Positions 1 through 9,748 of a stretch of DNA of 64,000 nucleotides are shown one piece after another (positions within the stretch are counted from its first letter, which is position 1; every line of letters starts with the position of its first letter). The DNA is from an uncultured Gemmatimonadaceae bacterium (GTDB lineage Bacteria; Gemmatimonadota; Gemmatimonadetes; Gemmatimonadales; Gemmatimonadaceae), in NCBI GenBank assembly GCA_963822945.1, contig CAWGJO010000004.1, positions 32,001 through 96,000 on the forward strand. The letters are read 5' to 3'. The translations under genes and the position numbers were made by a program. Below the pieces are notes generated by a model that was given only the letters and a program-made list of their open reading frames with translations, ran no database searches and was not told where the DNA came from.

Positions 1-180
1 CTCGTCCCCCGGCGCGAGGGTGAGCGATTCGGGGGGCGGGCTCGACGCGGCCGGCCCCGTCGCCAGGCAGCAGCGGACATCGTATCCTTCGCTCTCGTCG
101 GCGGCGGTGGGCAGCCACTGGTCGTCGTCGTCACGAGTCGAGAATCCGAGGTCGAACTGAATGAGCGCGTCGAGAGTCAT
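1..180 (-). CDS. hypothetical protein, N-terminal part (runs off the window edge)
   Basis: ATG at 180 on the minus strand opens a stop-free frame to base 1 (MTLDALIQFDLGFSTRDDDDQWLPT...); divergent from the 210 ORF; no family recognised. Confidence 0.45.
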   Translation of the reverse strand, partial: MTLDALIQFDLGFSTRDDDDQWLPTAADESEGYDVRCCLATGPAASSPPPESLTLAPGDE

Positions 181-209
181 GGCCGTCCGTCGTTGGTGGA
201 GGTGAAAGG

Positions 210-974
210 GTGTCATCCGTGCCGCCGTCCGCAAAGGTAGCATCCCGCCGCCAGTCGTACTGGGCGGCCAGTCGTTCGCCGCGCTACAGCCTGCTGTTCG
301 CGCTCCCGCTGCTCCTGTTCTACGAGGGGCTCATCGTGGCGCGCCCGGCGCGCGTCGGCGACGCCCAGATCCGGAACGGCGCCGACGTGCTGCTGCACCA
401 ACTGTCGTACGCGCTCCTGGGGCCCTGGGGGCCGCTGGCCCTGATGGCGGCGGTGATGGCGGTCTGCGTGGTGCTCGTGCGGCGCGATCTCAAACGGGGC
501 GGCGGCCTGCACGCCGGCACCTTCGCCCTGATGTTCGCCGAGTCGGCGGTGCTCTCGGTGGCGTTCGGCCTCGTGGTCGGCACGGCAACCGCGGAGTTGC
601 TCGGCCAACTGCGAGCCCTCTCCATGGGGCCCATCCAGGGTATGGACGCCACCACGCGCCTGATGCTCTCGCTGGGGGCCGGCCTGTACGAGGAGCTGGT
701 GTTCCGCGTGCTGCTGGTGGGTGGCCTGGCGTTCGGGGCACGAGTGGTGCTCGGCATGAGCCGGCTGACGGCGGGCATCGGGGCGACGATCATCGGCGCC
801 CTCGCCTTCTCCGCGTTCCACTACATCGGGCCCTACGGCGAGCCGCTCCAGCTCCAGTCGTTCGTCTTTCGGGCCATCAGCGGCGTGGTGTTCAGCGCGC
901 TGTACCTGACCCGTGGATTCGGCATCACGGCCTGGACGCACGCGCTCTACGATATCGGGGTGCTGCTGGGCTAG
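210..974 (+). CDS. CPBP (CAAX/Abi) family intramembrane glutamic endopeptidase
   Basis: Multiple TM segments with motifs YEELVFR, FSAFHY, HALYD. Confidence 0.85.
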   Translation: MSSVPPSAKVASRRQSYWAASRSPRYSLLFALPLLLFYEGLIVARPARVGDAQIRNGADVLLHQLSYALLGPWGPLALMAAVMAVCVVLVRRDLKRGGGLHAGTFALMFAESAVLSVAFGLVVGTATAELLGQLRALSMGPIQGMDATTRLMLSLGAGLYEELVFRVLLVGGLAFGARVVLGMSRLTAGIGATIIGALAFSAFHYIGPYGEPLQLQSFVFRAISGVVFSALYLTRGFGITAWTHALYDIGVLLG

Positions 975-1038
975 GAGCGCCGCCGGCTGCCGGCCGGGGA
1001 CTCCTGACGGCCCACCGCCATCAGTCGACGGTGCGCGG

Positions 1039-2044
1039 CTATCCGTCGGCTCCCAGCGCCTTGGCGAATGCCTGCACCACTTGCCCGGCCGGCTCGATGT
1101 CGTGGATCTGGGCCACGCTCTTCCCGGCCTGCCAGTAGTCCTCGGCTCCGATCCGCCGCGTGGAGCGACTTCTTGAGCTTGCGGAGCGAGTGCAGGGCGT
1201 AGATGGTCCGCATCCAGTGCTTGGTCCGGCGGTGGCGAAGCATCCAGCGGGCGATCGGGCCGGCGCCGCGTGCCCAGCCGCCGCACGTATGGCGTTGTCG
1301 ATGACCGCCACCGGCACTCCCGTGAGCCGCTCGGTGAGCACGATGTCGTCGCTCGCGTCGCCGCGACGATGGCGCTGTTTGTAGTCGTCGGCGGCGCTGC
1401 ACTCCGTGGTGGCGATGAACCGGGTGCCGAGCTGGGCGCCGGCGTAGCCCATCCGCAGGACCCGGCGCGGAAGCTGCCGGCGTCCCCGATGCCGCCGGCG
1501 CAGACGAGGGGGAGGCCCAGGTCGCCAAGCTCGTCGAGAAGCGCCTGCGGCGATCTGGCTCGCCGGCGTGGCCCCCGGCGCGATCGTTCACCGCGATGAG
1601 CCCGTGGACCCCGCCGTCGCGCGGCCTTCAGCGCCCACTTGCGCTCGGTCACGTCGTGGTACACCACGCCGCCCACGGCCTGCACCCGCTCGACCACCCA
1701 GCGCGGGTTGCCCAGCGAGGTGACGAAGAAGCGGACCCCTTCCTCGAGCGAGATGTCGATCCAGCGCTCCATCCGCTCGCGATACATGCTCGACGGACTG
1801 CTCGATGAGGGCGTTCATCCCGATGGGCTTCGCGGTCAGCGAGCGGATATAGCGCAGCCCCTCCCGGATAGTCGTGCCCGTGGACGTAGGTGAGCGAGAT
1901 GGGCTGGACGATGCCGATGGCCCCTGCTTCGGACACGGCCGCCACCAGCTCGGGGTTGCTGCATGGGTACATGGCGCCGCAGATGAGGGGCACTTCGATC
2001 CCCACGCGCCGAGTGAAGGCGTTGTCGGCCAGCGACTTACCCAT
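1039..2044 (-). pseudogene. nitronate monooxygenase / FabK-like flavoprotein split by many frameshifts (probably sequence errors)
   Basis: Consecutive family segments in different frames: PLICGAMYPCSNPELVAAVSEAG, FFVTSLGNP..YHDVT, PLVCAGGIGD, GAQLGTRFIATTEC, WQAGKSVAQIHDIEPAG. Confidence 0.8.
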
Positions 2045-2555
2045 GGATTCCCGGAGGGTTGGCAGTGGACGGGGTCACCGGGGCCAGCCGCCAGACCACC
2101 GAGGCCGACGCGACCGGTTCGCCGGTGGCGTCCTCAATCGTGGCCGTTACCGTATAGTCGGTCTCCTCGGTCACGGTGCGGGGCGGGGAACAGCGGCACT
2201 CGGCGGTCAGCGTTCCCCGGGCCTTCTTCAGGTACTCGATGGACAGGCTGCGGACGATGCCGCGGGTGCCGGCCGGAAGCGCGGCGAGCATCGCGGTGCC
2301 GCTGGCCACTTCGGCCAGGTTCACCAGGGCCACGGCGTGGACCGAATTGAGGTGGTTCCGGACTCGGCGCCGGTCCCGAAGCGTCCATCTGGAGTAGCCG
2401 GGCTCCAGCGCGACGACTCGCGCCCCGATGGTTCCGGTGTACGGGGCCATCCAGCCAATCATCCGGCTGAACAGCCACCGGCCTCCTGGCAGGCCGCTGA
2501 GCCGGCGCCACATGGCGATGATCCGGGCGCTCGGGGCATCCAGCGAGGCAGGCAT
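2037..2555 (-). CDS. hotdog-fold thioesterase (PaaI/DUF4442-like)
   Basis: APYTGTIG, NHLNSVHAVALVNLAE, SIEYLKKARG motifs; start assigned to MPASLD at 2555; 8-bp overlap with the next gene. Confidence 0.8.
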   Translation of the reverse strand: MPASLDAPSARIIAMWRRLSGLPGGRWLFSRMIGWMAPYTGTIGARVVALEPGYSRWTLRDRRRVRNHLNSVHAVALVNLAEVASGTAMLAALPAGTRGIVRSLSIEYLKKARGTLTAECRCSPPRTVTEETDYTVTATIEDATGEPVASASVVWRLAPVTPSTANPPGIHG

Positions 2556-3024
2556 CTGGTGGCCGTCGGGGTGGGCATTCGACGGGGCCGGATTGTCTGG
2601 ATTGCCCCGCGCCCCGGATGGTAAGTGGGTTCCACCGGGTGGGCAAGGACAGGGGGCAGCGCCACCGATCGGCGGCCTGCGCCGTCGCCGAACGACGGTG
2701 GCGGCCGCCGGCATGGATCGTCTTCAATGTGCCAATATGACGCGCAGAAATCCGGTCGGATGTTCGTTGGTGCTGGCGCGATTCCGCGCGGACGAGAGTG
2801 GGCAGGGGAGGGATGGGTGTCGCCTGCGGACGGCGCATCCGCAGGTCACCCCCCAACTGGTCGAGCGGTGTGCTCAGTCGCCGGTCGTTGGCCGGTGACT
2901 GGGCGTATCGGTCCATGCCTCGCTGGAAGTTGTACGCAGCGGTCGGGGGTATTTCGTGGTGATTGTGAGCGAATGGCTCCCTCGATCGCGCGCCAGAGCG
3001 GCCGAATTCTCAGGATCGGCCGCT

Positions 3025-3045
3025 GTTGATATCGACCATATCAAC
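3025..3045. promoter_or_regulatory. perfect palindrome GTTGATAT-N5-ATATCAAC, candidate operator
   Basis: Exact 8-bp inverted repeat at the start of an AT-rich patch that has further TATCA half-sites. Confidence 0.5.
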
Positions 3046-3231
3046 TACTTTCTCAAGTACGTGGTAATATGCTATCAAATCACGCGTTACTGCTGGTATC
3101 ACAAATATATCAATGCCTTGAACACCGGTAATTCCGTCCGGTGCTCGCTGTAATTCGATGGTGTGCCATCTCCGCCTTCCCCGAGCCGCGACCGCCCCAC
3201 CACTGAGGCGCGGATATCACGTCGGCAAGAC

Positions 3232-3240
3232 TTATCCACA
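3232..3240 (+). promoter_or_regulatory. consensus DnaA box TTATCCACA
   Basis: Exact 9/9 match in an intergenic region. Confidence 0.5.
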
Positions 3241-3532
3241 CCACATACGCGGGCCGTTGGTCCGCGTCCGGACCCGGCGCTCCGGCCTCCGCGTCTCAGC
3301 GCGGTCTCACCCAGAACCGGGATCGCCGGCTCGTGGTCCCAATGATCGAACGCCGAATCGCCAGCCGGGAGCGTGGGTGATGCCGTCCTATCCTGAGGCA
3401 TGACACGCGTGGCGCGGTCACTCGGCAGCTGCCATATCGTCACGGCTCCGTTTGACGATTCCGTGCCCGGCGCCGCGTGCCAGACCGGCGGGCCTCGGCG
3501 CGGAAGAGAGGGACTCGGCCAGACCAGCGGAC

Positions 3533-3570
3533 AAGAAAAGGGGGGCAGCCAGACCGGCCGCCCCCCTCTT
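3533..3570 (-). terminator. rho-independent terminator of the fadL-lipase operon
   Basis: GC-rich stem-loop followed on the minus strand by CTTTTCTT, ~30 bp after the lipase stop. Confidence 0.75.
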
Positions 3571-3598
3571 CGATTCGACTGTTCAGTTCATGCCGGGC

Positions 3599-4822
3599 TC
3601 ACGGCACGTGCCGCACCGAGGTCCCGTACTTGGAATTGATCACGTCGATGAGATCGTTGGCGATCGTGACGTGGGTGGAATTGCTCGGGTGGACCCCGTC
3701 CAGCGAGAACGCGGTGCCGAAGGGCTGCGTCGGGCTGGCCAGGTTCGGCGGGTAGTCCACGGCCCCAGGCGTCTGGGCCAGCTGGGCGAGCGCCACGTTC
3801 GGGTCCCAATACGCGAACCCGATGGCGTCTGCCTTGCTCTGGATATAGGCGTTGTACGAGTTGATCAGGTTGAACACCTGGAGCTGCTCGGCGGCGTCCA
3901 GCACCAGGTAGTCGCCCACGGGGGCGGTCACGTCGCCCTTCACGCAGGCGATGATCGGCGGATGGAGCCCGGCCTTGATCGCGGCCACGATCTGGATGTT
4001 GATGAGCGATTGGTTGCCCGGGGCCGTGAAGCAGTCCGGATGGATCGTGATCGTGGTGCCGGCCGCCAGGTCCAGTCCGCCCACGAACTGTGCGTTCTGA
4101 AGAGCCGCGGCCGGAAAGAGCTGCGGAGCCGCCGCTACCTGGACAACGCCGATCAGGACGCCTTTGAGATTCGGCGCCCCGGCCATCAACTGGCTGATCA
4201 TGGAGTCATAGGCCGCCGTGAACGTGGCCAATGGCGTAGCGCCGTCCGGCTGCCCGGTGAGGGCGGGCCCCAGGACATCGTTGTTGCCGATCCAGATCGT
4301 GGCGAAGGTCGGTTTGGCGACCAACGCCCGTTGGGCCTGCGTGAGGCCGCCCAACACGAAGGTGGTCAACGGGTTGGCGCTCGTGCCGTTGGGCGAGGTC
4401 AGGTCGGCCACGTTGGCACCCGGCACGGCCACGTTGTTGAGTACGTCGGTGACCGACCACTGCGTCCGCAGGTAGCAGCTGGTTCCGGTGCTGGCAGGAT
4501 AGCCCGGCGGAGTCACCCGTGTCTGCGTCTGGAAGTTGTCGATCGGGGGCGGGCACCCCGGGTTCTGCAGCGCCGGATAGGCGAACCGGGTCCCGAACTG
4601 CTGGGCCAGCAGCACCGGATACGCGCGACTCTGCGTGGAGTCGTTGATGCCGCCCGACTGATACCCGGCGGTGAGGCTGTTCCCGAGGGCCACGTAGCTC
4701 TTGAAAATGCTTCCGCCGGCGTACGATGGCCCGACGGTCGAGTGCGGCATGTCGCAGCTGGCCAGGGCCCCGAAGAGCCCGGCGACCGCGACACCGCGAA
4801 GGAGATTCATGGTGCGAGACAT
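3599..4822 (-). CDS. SGNH/GDSL-family lipase/esterase lipoprotein
   Basis: Lipobox LASC; block I ALGNSLTAG, block III IGNND, block V DGVHP. Confidence 0.85.
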   Translation of the reverse strand: MSRTMNLLRGVAVAGLFGALASCDMPHSTVGPSYAGGSIFKSYVALGNSLTAGYQSGGINDSTQSRAYPVLLAQQFGTRFAYPALQNPGCPPPIDNFQTQTRVTPPGYPASTGTSCYLRTQWSVTDVLNNVAVPGANVADLTSPNGTSANPLTTFVLGGLTQAQRALVAKPTFATIWIGNNDVLGPALTGQPDGATPLATFTAAYDSMISQLMAGAPNLKGVLIGVVQVAAAPQLFPAAALQNAQFVGGLDLAAGTTITIHPDCFTAPGNQSLINIQIVAAIKAGLHPPIIACVKGDVTAPVGDYLVLDAAEQLQVFNLINSYNAYIQSKADAIGFAYWDPNVALAQLAQTPGAVDYPPNLASPTQPFGTAFSLDGVHPSNSTHVTIANDLIDVINSKYGTSVRHVP

Positions 4823-4846
4823 CTCGTATTCTCCAGGTGGGTGGTC

Positions 4847-6241
4847 TTAGAACGAGGCCTTGAGGCTGATGGACAGGATGTTCGCGGCCAGCGTGAACAC
4901 ACCGTCATTGAGCTGCGCGGCGGTCTGGTTGCGCGAGGTGCGGTCGACGATCCGGCCGCGACGTCCCGGGGTCCAGACATAGGCGTAGGCCGCGTCCAGC
5001 GTGATCGCGTGCGTGAGCGGAATGCCGAGTCCCACGGTGTAGTTGGCGCGGTCCTGGTCGGGGAGGATCGGCGTGACGGTCACGTCGGGGGCCGGGGTGG
5101 CCACGCCCGCGTAGCCGAACCGATACTGCCACTTGTTGCCGGCGGTGTACTGGGCGCCCAGTCGAATGGCCGACGAGTTGTTGTAGTCCTCGAACTGGGT
5201 GTGCGTCCCCAGTGCCGGGTTGGCGAAGTGGATGTCGAGCTGATGGAACCGCTTCCAGCCGATCCACGCGTAATCGGCGCTCAGCAGCCACCGGTCGAAG
5301 CCGTCGTACGACACGCCGACTTCGGCCTGGTCGGGGTGCACGAGCTCCGTGGTGCCGCCCTGTGACACGAGAGCGCCGCTCGTGAACTGGCTGGCCACCA
5401 GCGCGTCGACCGGCGTGCCCGCCGGTGCGCCGAGGGCGTTGCCGCTGGCCAGCGTGAGCCCCGTCGGGATCTGCTGGAACGTCGCCTTGCCGTTCTTGTA
5501 GTTGAAGTTCAGCGACGACAGGTATCGTCCGCCGATCGTCCAGTGGTCGTTGAGGTGGCCGAAGAATCCCACCGTCACGCCGTAGGAATAGGCGCTGCCC
5601 TTGAGCGTGCCACGCGCGAATTCGGTGCCCTGCGCGATGCCGAGCTGCCCGAAGGTGATCGGGCCCGTGGGACCCGCGGTGGCGACCTGCGTCGAGAGAT
5701 CCACCGACTGGATGAGTTCCACGTTCGAGTGGCCGATGATGGGGCCGCCGCCGATCATCCAGTTGTCGTTGATCTTCCACGCGATGTTCGGCTGGAAGTA
5801 GAGGGTCTTGATCGACGCCTTGAGGGCCAGGAACCGCCCCGGAAAATCGTTGTGCCATTGCGACGTCAGGCCGTACGGCACGTACACTCCGAGGCCCCAC
5901 GACAGGCGGTCGTTCTGCCGGTGCGTGAAGAAGAGGTGCGGGGCGTACGAGGTGGGCACGTCGCCGGGATAGCGGCCGAGCGAACTGTCACGCCTGAAGG
6001 CGCCGGTGACGGCGATCGACGCGCCGCCGACGACCAGCGAGTTGCCGGACAGCGCGGCCGCGTACGCCGGGTTCCAGTAGATGGTGGAGGCGTCCTGACA
6101 GGGAGCGCCGGTGACCGCGTATCCGCGCCCGACGGCGCAGCTGCCGATCTCGTTCAGCCCGAATCCTTGCGCGAATGCCGTCGCCGGTAGCGCCAGAAGC
6201 GCCGCGGCCAGGCAATGCCGCGTGAAACGGTGCACACTCAT
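4847..6241 (-). CDS. fadL: OmpP1/FadL/TodX family outer-membrane transporter
   Basis: Signal peptide, hatch motif GFGLNE..GRGYA..DASTIYWNPA, PYGLTSQW, C-terminal Phe; SD AGGAGG 6 nt before ATG 6241. Confidence 0.85.
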   Translation of the reverse strand: MSVHRFTRHCLAAALLALPATAFAQGFGLNEIGSCAVGRGYAVTGAPCQDASTIYWNPAYAAALSGNSLVVGGASIAVTGAFRRDSSLGRYPGDVPTSYAPHLFFTHRQNDRLSWGLGVYVPYGLTSQWHNDFPGRFLALKASIKTLYFQPNIAWKINDNWMIGGGPIIGHSNVELIQSVDLSTQVATAGPTGPITFGQLGIAQGTEFARGTLKGSAYSYGVTVGFFGHLNDHWTIGGRYLSSLNFNYKNGKATFQQIPTGLTLASGNALGAPAGTPVDALVASQFTSGALVSQGGTTELVHPDQAEVGVSYDGFDRWLLSADYAWIGWKRFHQLDIHFANPALGTHTQFEDYNNSSAIRLGAQYTAGNKWQYRFGYAGVATPAPDVTVTPILPDQDRANYTVGLGIPLTHAITLDAAYAYVWTPGRRGRIVDRTSRNQTAAQLNDGVFTLAANILSISLKASF

Positions 6242-6497
6242 CTCCATCCTCCTAATGATTCTGCGCTCGCACGACGCGCACGAGCACATCGGGAAGACTG
6301 CGAACACTCAAGGCGGCCGCCGCGGGGCGCCGATCATCGTGACTCGACCTGAGTCTGGTACGGGCACTGCGGCTCGCCATTTGGAACAAAAGTGTAGTAG
6401 GTATTGCCGCGAAGGTAGAGGGGGCAATTCCCGTAAACACTGATGGGGTTCATCGGAATTCCCGGGTTCGGCGATGCCCGGGTGCCCGCTCGTCCCA

Positions 6498-9473
6498 TCA
6501 GGGGGTCAGGCGGACCTCGGAATACACCGTCGTCCGGTAGCGGTAGGGCGCGTCCAGCGAGCGGGCGGCGCCGAGCAGCAGGGCGAACCCCGGGAGATAC
6601 GCGGCTGGAATCGTGCCGCTGCGCAGCGACACTTCCACGCCCACCACCCGGTGCCAGCCGTTCGGCGGCGAGCCCGCGCTGACGCTGACGCCCTCGTAGT
6701 AGGGGGTCAGCATTCCCATCGGCACGCTCAGCTTGTACGCCAGCAGGGCGCTGCCGCGCCCCGGACCGGTCGGAACCACCGCGCCGTTGGGGAGACCGGG
6801 AACGGCATAGCGCGCCGCGGTGAGACTCGAGTCCACCAGCGGCGAGGGCATGCCGCCGGCGGCGAACCGCTCGAACGCCAATCCGCTCCCATTCATCTGC
6901 CCCCAGGTTCCCCGCGCGACCACCGGGAACGGACCGATGCCGGTCACGCCGAACGCGCCATGCACCACGACGCGCGAGACGCCGTCCTGGCCGGTGTTCC
7001 CGGCGTCACCGTGTACGGCGAGCTGCTCGAAGGCGCCGCGCCGCCCGCTGGACTGCCGCAGGCTTCCGCTCCATTCGCCGAACAGGACGGAGCGCGACCG
7101 CCGAACCTCCGGGGCGCCCAGCGCCAGGCGTTCGTAGCCGAAGCCGCCCCGGAGCCGCCACTGCCACTGGTCGCCCATCGCGGTCCACGCCGCGGCCACG
7201 AGTCCCCCGCGCCGCGTGGCGTCGTAGCGCGCGCCGGTGGTGCCCGCCACCGATCCGTAGCGCGGCTGCCGGCGCGCCGCGTGCAGGGCGGCGTCGAGTT
7301 CCAGCCGCGTTCCGCGCCAGGCGAGTCCGAACGTGCCGCCGCGCCACTGCGTGCGTGCGCCGAACACTCCGCCGGCCAGCGCGTCGAGCCGTCCGATCAC
7401 GTCGATGTTGGTGAGATACACCGCGCCCGCCAATCCGTCGGGGCCGTAGCTCTCGCCCGGCAGCCAGCGGCCGTGCCGCGGTCCAAGACCGTAGGGACGG
7501 GGCGCGCTTACGGGATTGCTCGGCATGGTGTCGCGCGTGACGGGCGCCGGGGGCGCCGCGGCGCCGTATGCACCCACGAGGCTCACCACGTGCCCCGCCG
7601 TGACATCCGCGTTCAGCCGGCGCACGTCGTAGCCGCGGGCGTGCAGCGCCAGGAACCACACGGAACCATCGGCGGGGTCGACGGCGGGCGCCACGGCGGC
7701 GCCCGTGACGCGCGTCAGGGCGCTCTCCCGCCGGGTGGCCAGATCGAGCTCCGCCAGGTCGATCACGCCGCCACGATCGGTGGCGTACACCAGCGTGTCG
7801 CCCGAGGGGCGGAAGCTGGCGTCGAAGCGGTTGGCCCCGTCGTCGGGATCGATGAAGTGGAAGCCGGAGCCGTCCACCCGCGCGATCCCCAGCCGCCAGC
7901 GGCCGCCCCCCGACGCACTGACGACGAACTGGGTGGCGCCGGGCGCGTACCGCGGCCGGTAGTACGAGCGCGACGGGTCGCCGCTCAGCACCGTGGTCAC
8001 CGCACCGGTCTGCAGATTCACGCGCACCACGTTGCAGGAACCGCCCACGCAGCGGGTGCCCAGCGCGTCGCGGCCGTTGGGCGACGGATCGGCATCGCGC
8101 ACGCCGGCGTCCACGGTGACCCGATAGACCCCGCCGGAGGCGATGCTCCAGACGTAGAGGTCGGGGCGCAGCGTCCCGTCGGCCTGCCGGGTCAGGCGGT
8201 TCACCAGCACCCGGTTTCCCGGCAGGAAGCGCGGCTGCACGAACCCGCGCCCACCCACCGCCTCGAGCGTGGCCAGCGCCTGCCGCGGCCGGGGATAGAA
8301 CCGTTTGGCCGCCACGTCTTCGGGATCGCGCGCCAGCATCTCGCGCGTCAGCCGCTCGGCGACCGTGTCGGGGGGCGGCGTCGCCGTGGACCACACCACC
8401 AGGCGGGACGGGGCGCTCCCCGACCGCAGCACGATCGCCATCCGGCGGCCGTCGGGCGAGAGCGCCGGATCGCCGGTCTGCCAGGCCAGGTGCTGCATGA
8501 GCGTTCCCTCAACGATCCCGGCTCGCGAGAGCGCGCCGGCCGCGTCGGTGGCCTCCGCCGTCAGCTGGGCGGTGAACCGGCCGTACAGCACGCGCGGCGA
8601 GTCGCCGTACACGCCGGCGAACGCGTCGTCGAACGTGCGTTCCACGCGCGCCGACGCCCGTCGCCACACGTGGACGAGACTGGAGTCGCCCTGCTGCGCG
8701 ACGAGCCACTCGAGGAACGCCGACCCCGCCAGATACGCGAAGTCGCCCCCGTCGAAGGCCCCCCACGAGCTCATCTGATCGTACGTGGGCAGGTGTCCCT
8801 CGAGCGCCCACTGGCGAAGCACCGCGGCACGCCAGGCGCCGTTGGGCCGCCCGCTTCCGGTGACCCGCCCCTCGACGTACGTCGCGTAGCCCTCGATGGC
8901 CCAGCGGGGCACCTTGCGCGGCAGGGGCCCGAGGTCGGCGGGCATCAGCTGCCAGACCAGCGCGTCGAGCGGATTGCGCGACGGGCGGGTCAGGTGCGCC
9001 AGATGGGCGAACTCGTGCACCGAGAGGATCTCGCCCCACGTGCGCCAATTGCCGATGTTGTCGCGCGGCGTGGGCGGTACGGGCCAGAACGTCAGAACGG
9101 GCGAGCGGATGAACGGGAGCGCCGATCCGTTGGGCTGGTCGTAGGGATTGTCCACCACGACCTCCACCCGGTGCGTGGGCGCGAAGCCCACGAGCGCACG
9201 TACGGCCGAGTCCACGGCTTCCATGTGCGAGGCCGTCTGTTGCGTCCAGCGGGCGAGCGGCGCGGGATAGTGGAATCGGAAGTGCGCCGTTTCCAGCGTC
9301 TGCCAGTCACCGTACGGGTCGACGGGGCCCTGGGCGTGGGCCCGGGCCGGCGCGGCGCACAGCGCGACGGCCGCGGCCAGTGCGCGGATACACGAAAGGG
9401 GCGAGGCGCGACGCCTCACCCCTCGAATTCCCGGGAACCCGCGACGGGTCACGAGACCGGAATCAGCCCTCAC
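6498..9473 (-). CDS. secreted protein: gluzincin-like metallopeptidase domain, PD40/TolB-like beta-propeller, probable C-terminal beta-barrel
   Basis: Signal peptide, WQTLETAHF, HEFAH...WAIEGYA, repeated PALSPDG/DPSPNG/PAVDPADG, alternating beta-strands at the C-terminus; start could be GTG 9419. Confidence 0.7.
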   Translation of the reverse strand: MRADSGLVTRRGFPGIRGVRRRASPLSCIRALAAAVALCAAPARAHAQGPVDPYGDWQTLETAHFRFHYPAPLARWTQQTASHMEAVDSAVRALVGFAPTHRVEVVVDNPYDQPNGSALPFIRSPVLTFWPVPPTPRDNIGNWRTWGEILSVHEFAHLAHLTRPSRNPLDALVWQLMPADLGPLPRKVPRWAIEGYATYVEGRVTGSGRPNGAWRAAVLRQWALEGHLPTYDQMSSWGAFDGGDFAYLAGSAFLEWLVAQQGDSSLVHVWRRASARVERTFDDAFAGVYGDSPRVLYGRFTAQLTAEATDAAGALSRAGIVEGTLMQHLAWQTGDPALSPDGRRMAIVLRSGSAPSRLVVWSTATPPPDTVAERLTREMLARDPEDVAAKRFYPRPRQALATLEAVGGRGFVQPRFLPGNRVLVNRLTRQADGTLRPDLYVWSIASGGVYRVTVDAGVRDADPSPNGRDALGTRCVGGSCNVVRVNLQTGAVTTVLSGDPSRSYYRPRYAPGATQFVVSASGGGRWRLGIARVDGSGFHFIDPDDGANRFDASFRPSGDTLVYATDRGGVIDLAELDLATRRESALTRVTGAAVAPAVDPADGSVWFLALHARGYDVRRLNADVTAGHVVSLVGAYGAAAPPAPVTRDTMPSNPVSAPRPYGLGPRHGRWLPGESYGPDGLAGAVYLTNIDVIGRLDALAGGVFGARTQWRGGTFGLAWRGTRLELDAALHAARRQPRYGSVAGTTGARYDATRRGGLVAAAWTAMGDQWQWRLRGGFGYERLALGAPEVRRSRSVLFGEWSGSLRQSSGRRGAFEQLAVHGDAGNTGQDGVSRVVVHGAFGVTGIGPFPVVARGTWGQMNGSGLAFERFAAGGMPSPLVDSSLTAARYAVPGLPNGAVVPTGPGRGSALLAYKLSVPMGMLTPYYEGVSVSAGSPPNGWHRVVGVEVSLRSGTIPAAYLPGFALLLGAARSLDAPYRYRTTVYSEVRLTP

Positions 9474-9645
9474 CCCCGCCGCCGGGCCTCTTGCCCTGCA
9501 CGATCTCGAGCAGCCAGGTGGTGGGGATGACGAACAGCGGCTGCAGGAACATCGGCAGCAGCGTGTTGATCCACACGAGCGCGATGTAGAACGCGCACAG
9601 CGCGATGCCGACGTATAGGGTGGCGAGCGGGCCCTGGGTGTTCAC
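9463..9645 (-). CDS. small membrane protein (60 aa)
   Basis: SD GAGGAG 5 nt before GTG 9645; hydrophobic core LYVGIALCAFYIALVWI; stop overlaps the next ORF start. Confidence 0.6.
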   Translation of the reverse strand: MNTQGPLATLYVGIALCAFYIALVWINTLLPMFLQPLFVIPTTWLLEIVQGKRPGGGGEG

Positions 9646-9748
9646 GAAAGCTCCTCGGTTCGAAAGATCGAGCGGCAAGATACCACGTGACGGGCCGGGG
9701 TTCCAGAGGGCGCTGGCTCCGTGTTCCGCCGGCGCTAGCTTTCCTCGC

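Noticed and set aside
210..974. Abortive-infection phage defence gene
   Set aside because: The Abi label of CPBP proteases is historical and there is no defence-island context
3025..3045. FNR box or dif site
   Set aside because: TTGAT/ATCAA spacing is 9 nt rather than 4, and there is no match to the XerC/XerD dif consensus
2956..3443. Small ORFs in the intergenic region (2956-3153, 3158-3403, 3099-3443)
   Set aside because: No clear RBS, atypical codon usage and no recognisable motifs
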